This document shows positions 1 through 12,874 of a DNA stretch of 64,000 bases, piece after piece. The notes under the pieces were generated by a model. That model saw nothing but the letters and a program-made list of their open reading frames with translations. It had not been told where the DNA came from and did not search any database. The position numbers were made by a program, and so were the translations under genes. Source of the DNA: Camelus dromedarius (taxonomy: Eukaryota); the NCBI RefSeq assembly GCF_036321535.1, contig NC_087436.1:63056001-63120000 (forward strand), in the 5' to 3' direction. Position 1 is the stretch's first letter, and each line of letters opens with the position of its first letter.

Positions 1-284
1 CCAAAAGTTGGAGAACCAGGGGAGTCGATGTGGGGGCAGGAGAAGATGGATGCCACATCTTAAGCAAAGAGAGCAATTCCCCATTTCTCTATCTTTTTGT
101 TCTACTCAGACCCGCAACAGACTAGATTATGCACACCCTCAGTGATCTTCTTTACTTGGTCTACAGATAGAAACGTTAATCTCTGATAGAAACACCCTCA
201 TAGATACGCTCAGAAATAATCTTTTATCAGCTATCCACACATCCCTCACCCCAGTCAGGTTGATGCATAAAATTAATCGTCATA
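1..284 (-). mobile_element. MLT2-type ERVL LTR, truncated by window edge
   Basis: Reverse complement reads TATGACGATTAATTTTATGCATCAACCTGACTGGGGTGAGGGATG..., matching the MLT2 start (TGTGATGGTTAATTTTATGTGTCAACTTGACTGG) and the copy at 27890. Confidence 0.85.
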
Positions 285-459
285 TCTGCCAATAGGAATG
301 GATGTCTATTATAGACCAGTGGTTCTTTCTGTTCTGTGTGGACAAACTTACTAAATTTGTCCAAGACTAGTAAGAACTGGTTCAGCACTGTATTCTGAAA
401 TTAAATTGTCCTTACACACACGCATAACACACACACACTATACTGTAGTCCTTGGGCTA

Positions 460-660
460 GACATTTCATATACAATCTTTTCTTTAGTCCTCAAAAATTG
501 TAACTAACATATAAGGTAAGAAGTCCTGTAATCCCAATTTACAGAAGAAAAATCCTTGACTTACATATATAAATACTAAGTAACTTGTCCAAGGTTACAT
601 TATTATTAAGTGACTGGGCTGAGGTTTATGTTCATATTTGCCCCACTTCAGAAATCTTTG
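460..660 (-). mobile_element. MIR SINE remnant
   Basis: Core motifs 'atcccaatttacagaagaaaaa' and 'aagtaacttgtccaaggttaca'. Confidence 0.7.
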
Positions 661-1562
661 CTAAATTTATTACAAACAAAATGAGCTTATGTTATCCAAA
701 CAAAAATTGCTTTGGATAAAAGAGCTGATTCTAGCCCTGAAGAGAATTTTGTCATTAAATGTAGTACTGACTCATGCCCAGAAGAGAGGACAGACTGATC
801 AGCCAATGGTCTCACGCACAGAGAACACGATGGCTGAGGCACAGCTACCACATGGTGAATCAGTAAAGGTTTTAAAAGTTGCTAACTTATAATTTCCTCT
901 GGAAAAAGACACTTAACAACCAATGAATCACATTTAAGTAAGAATGAACAAATGAGCTGCCAGTGTTTCAATTTAAAAAGTTAAAGAGTAAGAGTAGACA
1001 ACTGAAGTAAAAAATTAAACCATATTTAAAACAAATTTCAAGTCCACAAATAAAATGTAAGAAAAACATGTCAAAGCTTGGAGAGAGATTGAGAGAGACA
1101 GACAGAGACAGAGACAGAGGACTTTCTCCAATTGTTGCCAAGCTACCAACTCACACAAAGAAGTTATGCTTTGAAATGTCATATATGTGGGAATCAATAT
1201 GGCTCTGCTTATTTTCAAATTAGCCTGAAATCTGGAGGGAAACTTGATGAATCGTCAAATATATAAAGGCTTCAATTTTTTTCATTTGAATTTTAGAACT
1301 TAATTTAGCTTTTAATTCCAAGGGAAAAATCTTATTTATGACTTGCCTTATTCAACAGTATTTTAAATAACCCACAACACTTATACCTTAAAAAATTAAC
1401 ATCAGTGCCTTACTAGCAAATTAATCAATGTTAAATTTTGCCAATCACTGACACACTTTTATTTCTTTTCTTTTCTTTTTTTTTTCTCAGCTGATTTCAG
1501 TCAGGTTCAAAATGTGGTCAAAGTTTGGTCTCTGGTGGATATTATCTTCTCTTTCTCTCTAA

Positions 1563-1890
1563 GTTTCATTTAGAAATAATTTTAGATTCAAAGGAGTTAC
1601 AAGTAAATGTACAGGGAGATCCCGTGTATTCTTTAGCCAGCTTTTCCCAATGTCAGGTTCTTGCAGGTCTATAGCACAATGTCAAAACCAGGAAGTGACA
1701 TTGGTATAATCCACAGAACTTATTCAGCTTCCATGTGTGTATTTTTCATGCATCTCTCTCTCTCTCTCTTTCTCTGTGTGTGTGTGTGTGTGTATAGTTC
1801 TATAAAAATTTTTTCATGTGTAGTTTTGTGTGACCACCACCACCATCATAAAACTGAACTGTCTGCCACCATCTCCCTCATGCGATACCA
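1563..1890 (-). mobile_element. Old L1 3' UTR (L1MB-like) containing (CT)n(GT)n microsatellite at ~1753-1793
   Basis: 'gaaataattttagattcaaaggagttacaa', 'caaaaccaggaagtgacattggtataatccacaga' are typical antisense L1MB 3' UTR. Confidence 0.75.
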
Positions 1891-3959
1891 CTAGCCTACT
1901 TTTAATTGGATACAATTTTTATGTTTACATTAAGCAGGCTTCAAGTGAACCGTAAAAAATAAAATTTAGAGTAAGAACTGTGAATCTTTAATACGCATTT
2001 ACAAAGAGAAAGTATATACAGTCATTATGTTAGCTATGTTCTCTGTAATAATGCCAGTATGTGACTTTATAGCATCAATCTCAATGTAACCATAAGTAAC
2101 TTACTGAGTATTTCCAAGCCCATTTTGGACCTCATTTGCTTTCTCTTCATTTAATTTATGGCAGTATCATATACTATACTGTGACTGTTCTTGTGGCATA
2201 AGCGAGAACATCATGTGGGGAATTGTAGAGTTGAGATCCTCTCTGACAGCTAATTTGTTTCAAAATGGTAGCCAAATTGCAAAGGGACTAGTTATTTTAT
2301 AATCACTTGCACTAGGTTTTGTTTTTTTTCCCCACTTGAATGCTGTTTTGCATCATTAATTTGTGTAGCCACTGAAAGGAACTAGAAAATATTACCTTAT
2401 TTAAAGGTTGTCTTTATGATTTCATCCCAAGTTGAAATGCTTTCTGCAGCATAATGCAAATACTTAAGAGGTGTGCCTTCAATGAATGTTGCTATTTCTC
2501 AGATTTGAAGCTATTTTGAATTCACCTGAATCCTTGACTGGACCCTACCCTCTTTTTCTTCTCTATTCTAATACCTCAGTACTTTTAAGGAGCACTTTAT
2601 CATTGCATATTTCATTTCTTTTAAATAAACTTCAAAACCATGATTGTAGAGGACTATGCGTATTTTCACTGTGGGCAGTTCTACACTAGGCCTTTTTCAG
2701 ACACCATGTCCAGTGGCTAAAAGTAAATAGAAATAATTTCCCCAACTGTTAGAAAATTTGAAACTGTGATGTTTAAGCAGAAATAAATCTTCAGGCTGTA
2801 TTTTTTAAAAGTCCAACTGTAAATTCTGACTTGTCAGGATCTAGGAAATCAGAAATCAATTCAGTCAATATTTAACGGAAAGAGCTCATATTCCATTTCA
2901 TACTCTCAAATTTGTGGGGGGGTTTCCAAACGAAATTTACTCATAGATTTGTTAATGACATAAAACACAGAGACACTTAGTCAATTCCCTTTCATTTGTA
3001 ACTTCCAATAAAATGAGGCAAAATGCTGATTTTGAATGATAAGGAAATTTAGCTATTCTGCTGTTAAGTGGTCTTTTATTTCCAGACAGCAGGGCTTAGC
3101 CTGCCCACAAAGGCACACTGACACAATTGCCTAAGAATTTGAGTTTAAACACCTGAGTGATAATTATGTATTTTTGTCACTTTTCACTAGCTCAGTGATG
3201 TGACTGAATCTAGTATTCTTTACTGTCAGTTATACTAACAGCTTTCCTTAAGTACTTCTAGTGTTATTATTAATATCATACATCAATAAAATACTTTCAT
3301 CTCCTTCTGCAGATTTAGATAGCATGTCAAACGGTGTCATAGCTTCCTGACAAAAATGTAATATCCCACATTTTCTCTCACTAATTATTCTTTCCTAATC
3401 TTTGGCTTTCAAACCCTGCCCTTTTCTTCCTTTGACTAAGATGCTCTCTCATAAACATGCCTTCATTTGGCCTGACACTTTATTGCTTCTTGCCTTATCA
3501 AGCTTTCAGTATGTTGTTAAACTCTAACTCCAGTTCTAAGAAAACTCCCCTTGTCTCTAATACAATGTTACCCCATCATCGTTTTAGTCTCTCCCATATA
3601 ATAGTTAACTCCAAATCCTAAAGCAGAAAAAAAGGGATTCCAATGTTACAGGTATTTACTTAGATTCCACTTGGTCTTCAGACTTTGTTAAGCTGTTGAC
3701 AAACAAGACAAACATAAATGTGTTTCCTCTGATGCTGATCTAAGCTACTATAAATAGTACTGAACACCCCAAGTATTCAATATCCATCAGCCTTTTCACA
3801 TAATTACCGCCTGCTTTGTACATAGCACTATACTAAATATTTTGAAGTGGTAATATAAATACATGGGTTCACTATAACAATATAATCAAAAGCATCCACA
3901 TAACATCATCAAGTGAATAGTCTAAAATACAAATAAATCATAAAGTAATTAATAAGAGG

Positions 3960-4150
3960 TAGACTATACTGATAACTTACTCTATGTCTGAGACTTTAAA
4001 ATATAAACTAACTTAATTCTCACAACATCCTTATAAAGCTTCCTACTGTTATGATCCACATTTACTGGTGAAAACAACCACACCACAGATCACACATCTG
4101 CACGTGGTACAGCAGGCTGGGAACCACCTTTACCTCATGCCAATATCTGT
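3960..4150 (-). mobile_element. MIR SINE remnant
   Basis: 'cttaattctcacaacatcctt...gatccacatttactggtgaaaacaac'. Confidence 0.55.
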
Positions 4151-4429
4151 GCAATCAGTATAATTTTTTTTCTATTTCAAGGTGCAAGGAGCAAAATATG
4201 CCAACCTCCCACTTAATTGAAAATTTCTATAACATAATATGTGATACAATAATAAGATGGGTTTTAGATGGATTTTAAAAGGCACAAATGATAACTAGGA
4301 ATATTTTACGATCACAACTTGCATTTCATTGCAATTTGGTACTCATTTAGCCTATGCTTCAATACTCTCAGTAGCAGAAAGCTCACTTCCTTGCACTGCT
4401 GGTTATTTCATTATTGGTCATTCATGTCT

Positions 4430-4560
4430 GTTAATTTGTTCATTGATTCAACATTAATTTTTGAAGAACTTTTATGTGAAGGCATCAGGCCAAGTACTAA
4501 AGGGGACACGATGCGTTAAGACATGAGTCTGCATTTAAGGAGTTAAAAATCTATTTTAGG
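4430..4560 (-). mobile_element. L2 3' end remnant
   Basis: 'ttcattgattcaaca...tatgtgaaggcatcaggccaagtact...aagacatgagtctgcatttaaggagtt'. Confidence 0.55.
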
Positions 4561-5002
4561 GTTTTAATTTTTTTTCCTATTTTGAGTGAAAATTTGCTTC
4601 CTGGTTATTTTCATATGCCAATCCTTATAATGCTTTTGAGAACAATGGATAATGAGTTATAGCAGACTTCTACATGGCAGCCCTTCAAATAAATAAAAAT
4701 AGTCCTCTCTCCTTAGTCTTACTCTTCTAAAAGCTAACAATTCTTAAATCTTTCAAATGTATTAACTCCTTACCATACATATTGTTCTCATTTTTATACA
4801 ATATAAACCTTAAATATGTGTAATTTCAAATTAAACATGGTATTCTATATGTATGTTGATTGGTACTATATATAATGGGAAATATGTTTCCTATAATTTT
4901 AATATTACACTTCTATTAATGTAAGAATTGTACACTTCATTTGTTTTACTTATATATATATAAAGAGACCCCTATATTTCATATTAATCTTACAGCCAGT
5001 TA

Positions 5003-5090
5003 TTCCTTTTTATTAATGGACGTACTAGGGATTGAACGCAGGACTTTAGGCATGCTAGCAGGCATTCTACCACTGAGCTATGCCCTCCCC
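5003..5090 (-). mobile_element. tRNA-derived SINE, Vic-1-like (camelid), with 15-bp TSD
   Basis: Reverse complement GGGGAGGGCATAGCTCAGTGGTAGAATGCCTGCTAGCATGCCTAAAGTCCTGCGTTCAATCCCTAGTACGTCCATTAATAAAAA has Pol III A and B boxes and an A-rich tail. Flanked by tcttacagccagtta (4988-5002) and tcttacagctagtta (5091-5105). Confidence 0.9.
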
Positions 5091-6534
5091 TCTTACAGCT
5101 AGTTAAAAACACAGGTTTTCTTTACCTGGATTATTGCTAAGTGACCACCTGAAATTTATGCAAATTCTAGAAATTTCTATTTATAACTGTATATTATCAG
5201 TTAGCTTAAAATGTTATATAATTTGATAATCAATGTATTAGATAATTTTGAATATTGATTGCATTTATTTAATATGCCTCAGTGATTTTCAGATTTGTTA
5301 TGAATCTCTTCAATTACCTCATTTATATGGACATTTATACTTGTGAGCAAATGCAAAATAATTAGAATGATCTCTCTTCTATTTTATAATTATAACTAGA
5401 GAAATGTGGAATAAAGAAATAATTAGAAAGGGCTGAAGTTTTTGGTTTTGTTTTTCTTTTAAGAAAATCTTGAAGTGTATATTCTTGGCTATTTTTTATG
5501 GAAATAATAAACTTGTTTAGGTGACTAAAGTAGTATTTTGATAAAGTAAGTGGCATAAAAAAATTGGGGCTAGAGAATCAAACTGAGGTTGGTTTACATA
5601 CATCTTTTTACTTTTATGAGTCTCAAAGTATTACTCAACCAACAACTCTAGCTCAGGATGAAAGTAATATAAAACAGGCAAACCACTCTTCGCCTTCTCC
5701 TTAACCTCCACTACATTTTGTGACCACTACATAAACAGACAGATCCCCAATATGTAAATATAAAGGCCCATTTTTATGCATTTCTATGTATGATTTTTTA
5801 GTGGTTTCAATGTAGTCATATTTTCTCAGTAATACCTCTGCTGTTCGGTGTTCTCAAATCCAACCTAGTGCTTCAATCTCAAAGCCCTTCTGAAAAAATA
5901 TTTGCACCAATAAAAGTCAGGTAATGTAAAAACCCATGAAAAGAAAAACCCATGAAAACAGCTTCAGAGTTATCTTTCTTTTAGTATGGAAGAGTCCCAA
6001 ACTCTGCTTTGTTTTCCCCTCTCCCAAGACAGCTCTTCATTAGCTACTGTAATAAAACTAAAAAACATAATTAATTTTATTTTTTTCTTCAGAACATGGT
6101 ATTTATTTTGGAGTTCTGAAGGAGGATGCTGAATGTGGAGGACAATACCCTGTGTCCCATTGTCTCTTCCTCAGCTAGAATATGGAGGTTTGAATAACGG
6201 AAAAGTTTGATGTCACCCAAAGAGCTCAAACCTGCTTGAGGCAAATTTTTTAGCAGAGCCAGTCTTCATAGGAAGGTCCAGCCCAGTTATTAGCAGTTCC
6301 CTCTCTTTCAATTAGAGGTAAGTCTCCTAAAGCCCAGTCTGCTTGTTAAATGGTGCATCTGAGGACTGGTGGGGTCCCAGACTATTCCATGACCTGCTTT
6401 ACCTTCCTGTGGTCTTTAGTCCATATTGTTCAATAGAATGGTATTCTATTCTTATCATTCAAATATGTTTTGTTCTAAAACTCTGGAAATGATTTTAGTT
6501 ACTGTATCATCTCTGCAGAAAGATTTTTTTCATA

Positions 6535-6915
6535 TGTGAAATAAACATTTATGGAGGAACAAGGCTGACAAGCACTCTGCTAGGCATGAAGTAAACCCTG
6601 TACCCTCCAAAAAAGATATGAACCTGGCCTTATACAGCGAACAATCTAGTGAAAGAAAATATAAGTAAAATAATTATCTAATTCTGTATTTTCATAAGTG
6701 CCTTGAGGGAAAATAAAAGAGTGCTGAGTGGTAAGTATGGTAAGGGAAGTCTTTACTGAAGAGGTTAGCAATATTTAAGCATACATATGAAGGATGAATT
6801 GGAATTAACCAAGTACAGAGTAGAAAAAATATTCTAGATATAAGGAATATGAGTACAAAAGTCATGAGACAAGAAAGGGTTTTGGAACATTCAAGGAACT
6901 GAATGATCATGGCAA
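6535..6915 (-). mobile_element. L2 remnant
   Basis: 'aataaacatttatggag...agcactctgctaggc', 'gaaggatgaattggaattaaccaagt', 'ttggaacattcaaggaactga'. Confidence 0.65.
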
Positions 6916-8799
6916 TAGCTTTAAACTAATTTCATTGTTTATATGTTTGAAATTATTAAAGCTATTTATTTGGAAAGTAAAAATGAGTTACAACACTATT
7001 TAAATAATGATTTAGTTCCTTCATATGTAAATCTGTTTGGTACACCTGGCTATCTAATTCTTCAGCAGTGATTTCACACACATGATTAATTTTATTGAAC
7101 AAGACCAAAATAGGAGAATTTTCCTAAATGGGCAATAGTTTTGATAAAGCAATGCTCATATGTAACTCACTGTTTTCTTTTCTGGCTTTCCTGGGTCTCA
7201 TGCTTTAGAAGAAATTAAGTGACTTTATTTTGCTTCTTTTTGCAACAAGAGTTTCTAGCCTCAAATCCCATCAGATTCTATGAAGTGTTTAACCAAAATT
7301 GTCCCTTAAGCAGTTGATTACCTAAGTTTCTTCTTTCAGAGACAGTAGTTTTCATCAGCTCCTTTACTCACTTTCAGCAAATATGTCCGTTGTTCTCTGT
7401 GATTCTTCCCGATGTCTCTCACTGGTTCTGTTACTCTTGACAGTTCCCAGCAGCTGTCAGTGGCATCGCTCCCTGGGGGTCACAGATCTCAGAAGCTCTT
7501 ACCAGAAGTTCTTCAGCATCTCCTCCTGAGAGTCGCAACGGGGTTTCTGTAACAGCCTCTAATGGCAACTATTTGCAGCACAGTTCTTTGAAAATGTACA
7601 TCTGAAGGAGCCCCTTCAAATTGCTTTACACTTGCATTAGGGAAACAGATCTCTGGGTGCCCAGCTGTTCTCTTCTCAAAGAGCTTTACAGAAAATTTTT
7701 CCATTCTGAAAATTCTTTCTATGTGAAATAGAAAACGGCATATCTATAAGTTGCCTACTGATCATACAGTCAGTAAATTCGCTGACCTTCTTTATGGAGA
7801 CAGCGTCTAGCTAGAAAGCCTGCCAACTTACCAAATGAATCTGAAAGCCAGAATGAGTGTGCCTATAGAATAAGTAGGAAAAGAATGTCAAGTTCTCTGA
7901 CTTCTTATATAATGCCACTGAAAAACCTACAATCTGTTTAACTGCTTAATGTTAAAATTGAGATTCACCAGCGTATACGAAACAGGCTACACGGAGCACA
8001 GCGAAGCTGCCAGTGGAACACTGTTACATGCTCTCTTTCCTTTAAAAACACACCCCTAAAGCCATTTGCAGTTAATACTGGCAGAAATAAAGAAAGAACT
8101 AACTTTGTGGTTTGCCTTTTGTGAATTTTCAGTGCTAACCAGGCAAAACAGAATAAAATGTTAAGTGATAATAGGACATCTCTAGTAGACACCAAGGGGC
8201 TCTACAATTTCACTTATGATTTCAATTTCTAGGGTCTGAGGGTTTTTCAGATAGAGTGATGATAAGCTAGACTTTCTCAGTGTCTAACTACCCAAAACAT
8301 TCCCTTTAAGCAAGTTTGAAAGCTGCATTGACTCTTCCAGTGGAGTAATTTCCCCAGTGGTACCTGGTGGCCTGAAAGGCAATGTAGATTTCCTACATAC
8401 CTCACCTGCCTCAACTGGAAGGCACAAGTCCAATCAGCCTTTTAGCTGCTGGAGAATTTGCTTATGTAAAATTGCTCCAAATGTTTTCCTGTTCATTCCA
8501 ACTTTGTAAAAGTTCTAAGATCTATATGCATATATTATCCAGCATCATTATTACTCAAGAGTAGACAAGATACTCTTTAAATATCTGATTTCCAGTTAAA
8601 AGTTTTGGAAGATTACCCATTAGCATAAAGCCTAAATTTCTTAACAGGTTGTGGATCATTAGTCTAGCTTGCTAAAGACTGTCTTGACTTAGGCTTATTA
8701 TGCCAGCATTACCATTAACGGTACCCCTGTTTATTTTTAAGATGTGTCCTTGTTGGATGAAGAATCACACGGCCACTATGATTACTGTATCATAAAAGA

Positions 8800-9215
8800 T
8801 GTGTGATGAGCTGGCCTCGTCTAACGCTTCAGATCCACCTTCTACCACTACCCTTGTCTTTCAGTAACCCAACTCAACTGAACCTCTTGTGATTGCCTGA
8901 CCGTGAGATGCTCTCTCCGCTGCCTGCTTCTGCTCGTAGATGGATCATCCCATACAGCACTCTCCTTTTCATGTGATTCTTATCAGTGCTTCAAGGAGAA
9001 GCTTCCTGGCCAAGTCTCCCTAAGCTTCTGTCTATCCCCTTGGCCAGTGCTGACATCTCTGATAGGCTCTCCTTGTGTGTATTTTGGTTCTATATGTCTG
9101 GTTAGTGGCCTGTCTCTCCAGGACATAGCAAACTTTCTGAGGGCAGGGACTTTTTCCATCACTGTATCCTAAGGCCCTAAGGCCTGCCATATGTTTAAAG
9201 ATGGTTAAATTGTAT
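8800..9215 (+). mobile_element. L2 remnant
   Basis: 'aaactttctgagggcagggactttttc...cactgtatcctaagg' is an L2 3' motif; pyrimidine-rich upstream. Confidence 0.6.
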
Positions 9216-10074
9216 ACATGAATAAGAAGAAATAAAAATAAGAATGGGCAATTATTTACTGTTAAATTCATAACTGTATTAGGCCTTCATAGTAAGAAGA
9301 CGACTCTGGTTAGTATCTAACTCTATCTAATCTCCTGAAAATAAGTGCTTTTGATCAGAATATAACAGATACTGGTTTGTATCACTTTATATAAACTCAA
9401 TATAAAAACATCTGGATTTGTGTGATGCATGGATACTTTAAGACATTATCACTGACTTTAAACAAATACATTTTTTTTTCCAAAATAAACTCCCTTGTTG
9501 GAATTTAAAGTTGGGGCTAATTTTCAAAGTATTGACCTACCTATTAGCAAAATACATTCACCTTAAAATGAGGCCTATATCTTCAGAGATAAGTATATGT
9601 CAAAGCATATGTCAAATACATGTCAATGTATTTGTATCCATAGAACCCACAACTCTGGCCATTCACTTGTGCACAAATCAGAATAATTTTTAGAGGATGT
9701 CTGTGCATGTGGCTAGCAGCATGAGAGTTCTGAGAGTCATTCCAACTATCAGTGTCAGACAAGCCGATCAGCACAGTGCGCCTGCCCCCAGGAAAGCAGG
9801 ACGGTCAGCCTGTTGGGAGTGTGAGTCCTCCCACACCTTCCTGTACACAGACCTCCTGCACACAGACTTCAGGGAGTTATTTTAACAATTGTTATATTTT
9901 TATAATATCTCAGAATTTTCTGCTACTCTGTGTGTACTCTCATTAGGTATTTTTAGGAAGTCAAGGCTTTAAAAATAGCAACAATTAAATATGAGCTATG
10001 GAAGCCTGTATATGATGTGCCAGGGGATGGATGGGTCTGTCTGTCAGTCTCTCTCTCTTTGTTTCTCCCTCAAA

Positions 10075-10275
10075 ATATATACAGATATAAATATAAAGAC
10101 ATCTAGATGTAGATATCTATCTAAATATCTACTGCGTATGTATACATTTCTCTGTATCTATATCTGTACATCTATATCCATCTATCTACCTATCTACATC
10201 CATCCCCTGGCATACCACATCACATTTTCTCCATTCATATACATCCATATTACATATCCATATAGTATACAGATC
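10075..10275. repeat. Degenerate (TATC/TAGATA) low-complexity repeat
   Basis: Runs such as 'atctagatgtagatatctatctaaatatct' and 'atctatatccatctatctacctatctacatc'. Confidence 0.7.
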
Positions 10276-10411
10276 TCCATAGCGAATTATTGTTAAAATC
10301 CTGCAAGCTGGATATATTTGTTCCCTTTTTATGAAAGACAAAATGAAATTTTAGTGACAATAATTTGTTCAAAGGTAGAATTTTTAAAATTTTTTTTAAT
10401 TTTTAGAATTT

Positions 10412-12299
10412 AAAAATTGGACAAACAATCCCATTTACCATCACATCAAAAAGAATAAAATACCTAGGAATGAACCTACTTAGGACGGCAAAAGACCTGT
10501 GCTCTTAATACTGTGAGACACTGATGAAAGAAATTGAAGACAATACAAACAGACAGAAAGAAATACGGTGTTCTTGGATTGGAAGAATCAATATTGTTAA
10601 AACAGCCATACTACCCAAGGCAATACACAGATTAAATACAAACCCTATCAAATTACCACTGACATTTTTCTCAGAACTGGAACAAAAAATTTTAAAATTT
10701 GTATGGAAACACAAAAGACCCAGAATAGCCAAAACAATCTTGAGAGAGAAGAATGGAGCTAGAGAAATCACACTCTCTGACTTCAGACTATCCTACACAG
10801 CCACAGTAATCAAAACAGCATGGTATTGGCACAAAAACAGACACATAGATCAATGGAATTGGACAGAAAGCACAGAAATAAACACACACACTTAAGGTCA
10901 ATTAATCTAAGACAAAGGAGGTATGAATTTATAGTAGAGAAAAGACAGTCTCTTCAATAAGTAGTGCTAGGAAAACTGGACAGCTACATGTAAAAGAATG
11001 AAATTAGAGCATTCTCTAACACCATATACAAAAATAAACTAAACATGGATTAAATACATAAATGTAGGACCAGATACTCTAAAACTCCTTGAGGAAAACA
11101 TAGGCAGAACATTATTTGACATAAATCACAGGAATTTTTTTTTCAATCTGTCTCCTAGAATAATGGAAATAAAAGCAAAAATAAACAAATGAGACTTAAT
11201 TAAACTTAAAAGCTTCTGCATAGCAAAGGAAACAATAAACAAAATAAAAAGACAACCTACAAAATGGGATAAAATATTTGCAAATGATGAGACTGACAAG
11301 GGATTAATTTCCAAAATATACAAACAGCCCATACAGCTTAATGTCACAAAAACAAACAACCCAATTAAAATGGGCAGAAGACCTAAACAGCTACTTCTCC
11401 AAAGAAAACGTACAGATGGCCAACAGGCACATGAAGAAGATGCTGAATATTGCTAATTATCAGAGAAATGCAGTTCAAAACTACAATGAAGTACCACCTC
11501 ACACTAGTCAGAATGGCCATCATTAAAAAGTCTACAAATAATAAATCCTGGAGAGGGTGTGATAAAAAGGAATCCTCCTACATTGTTGGTGGGAATGTAG
11601 TCTGGGGCAGCCACTATGGAAAACAGTACACAGATTCCTCAAAAAAACTGAAAAGAGGCTTACCCTATAATCCAGCAATTCCACTCCTGGGCATATATAT
11701 GGAAGAAACTCTAACTTGAAAAGATCCATACACCCTAATGTTCACAGCAGCACTACTTAGAATAGCCAAGACATGGAAGCAACATAAATGTCCACTGACA
11801 GATTATTGAACAAAGAAGTTGTGGTATATTGATACAATGATATACTACTCAATAATAAAAAAACAAATAAAATAATGCCTTTTGCAGTTAACATGAATGG
11901 ACCTAGAGATTATCATACTAAGTGAAGTTAGCCAGAAAGATAAAAAAATAATACCATATATCACTTATATGAAGAATCAAAAAAAAAATACAAATGACTT
12001 ATTTTCAAACTGGAAATAGACTCATAGACATAGAAAACAAATTATGGTTACCAAAGGGGAAAATGGTGGGGAGGAGGGATAAATTAGGAGTTTAGCATTA
12101 ACATATACTCACTATTATATATAAAATAGATAAACAACAAGGACATACTGGTATAGCACAGGGAACTATATTCAATGCCTTGTAACAAACTATAATGAAA
12201 AAAGAATGGAAAAGAACTGAAACACCTTGCTGTATACCTGAAACTAAAACATTGTAAATCCATTGTACTTCAATAAAATAAATTAATTTAAAAAAAAAA
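10412..12299 (+). mobile_element. 5'-truncated L1 (cetartiodactyl type): ORF2 C-terminal part, 3' UTR, poly(A); frameshifts and stops, non-functional
   Basis: ORFs 10524-10895 ([11 protein letters not shown]...LPKAI...[23 protein letters not shown]...[15 protein letters not shown]) and 11450-11719 ([25 protein letters not shown]...[12 protein letters not shown]) are L1 ORF2p. AATAAA and A-tail at ~12272-12299. Confidence 0.97.
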
Positions 12300-12874
12300 C
12301 AGCTGAACTGGGATTGAAACTTTGTCTCTCTGCATTCTTGATTCTATTGTATTTTCTCTACTATGTGGTATTGTCTCTCCTACTCCTTATATATAAAACA
12401 TGATCTTTCAATGAAGGAAAAGCAAAAAAACCAAATTTTTTCTTAATCCTATGAAATACTATAAACATATAAAAATGGAGACTATCATACAATTAAAATC
12501 ATGTATTTAGCATTTATTACTTATCCAAAAATGTAAGGATTATTTTAAAAATTTCTCTAATACCACTTTAATGTGATTCAAGAGTCTGGACAAATTATAC
12601 TTTTATATATTGGATCAACAGATTCAGAAATTTCTGAAAAATTTATTAGACAGTATTTGCTCACACAAAGTTACAACACTTTAGTGAATCACGACAAATT
12701 GGGAGAACTGGAAAAACTTAAAACAATCAGATTCATTTTCTGTTCTGTGTAGAAGAATGAAACCATACTTGAGAGTTATCCATATTAAGTGGTGGGTTTT
12801 TAAAACATTTTCTCCTTAGTCCAATATTTCATTTTTATCCCTGTTTTCTCTTTGCTTCTCATTTACTTTTCATT

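Noticed and set aside
768..806. AP-1 site (TGACTCA) and CCAAT as a promoter
   Set aside because: Short motifs expected by chance many times in 64 kb; no CpG island or linked exon.
5017..5090. Functional tRNA gene
   Set aside because: A-rich tail, TSD and imperfect stems indicate a SINE.
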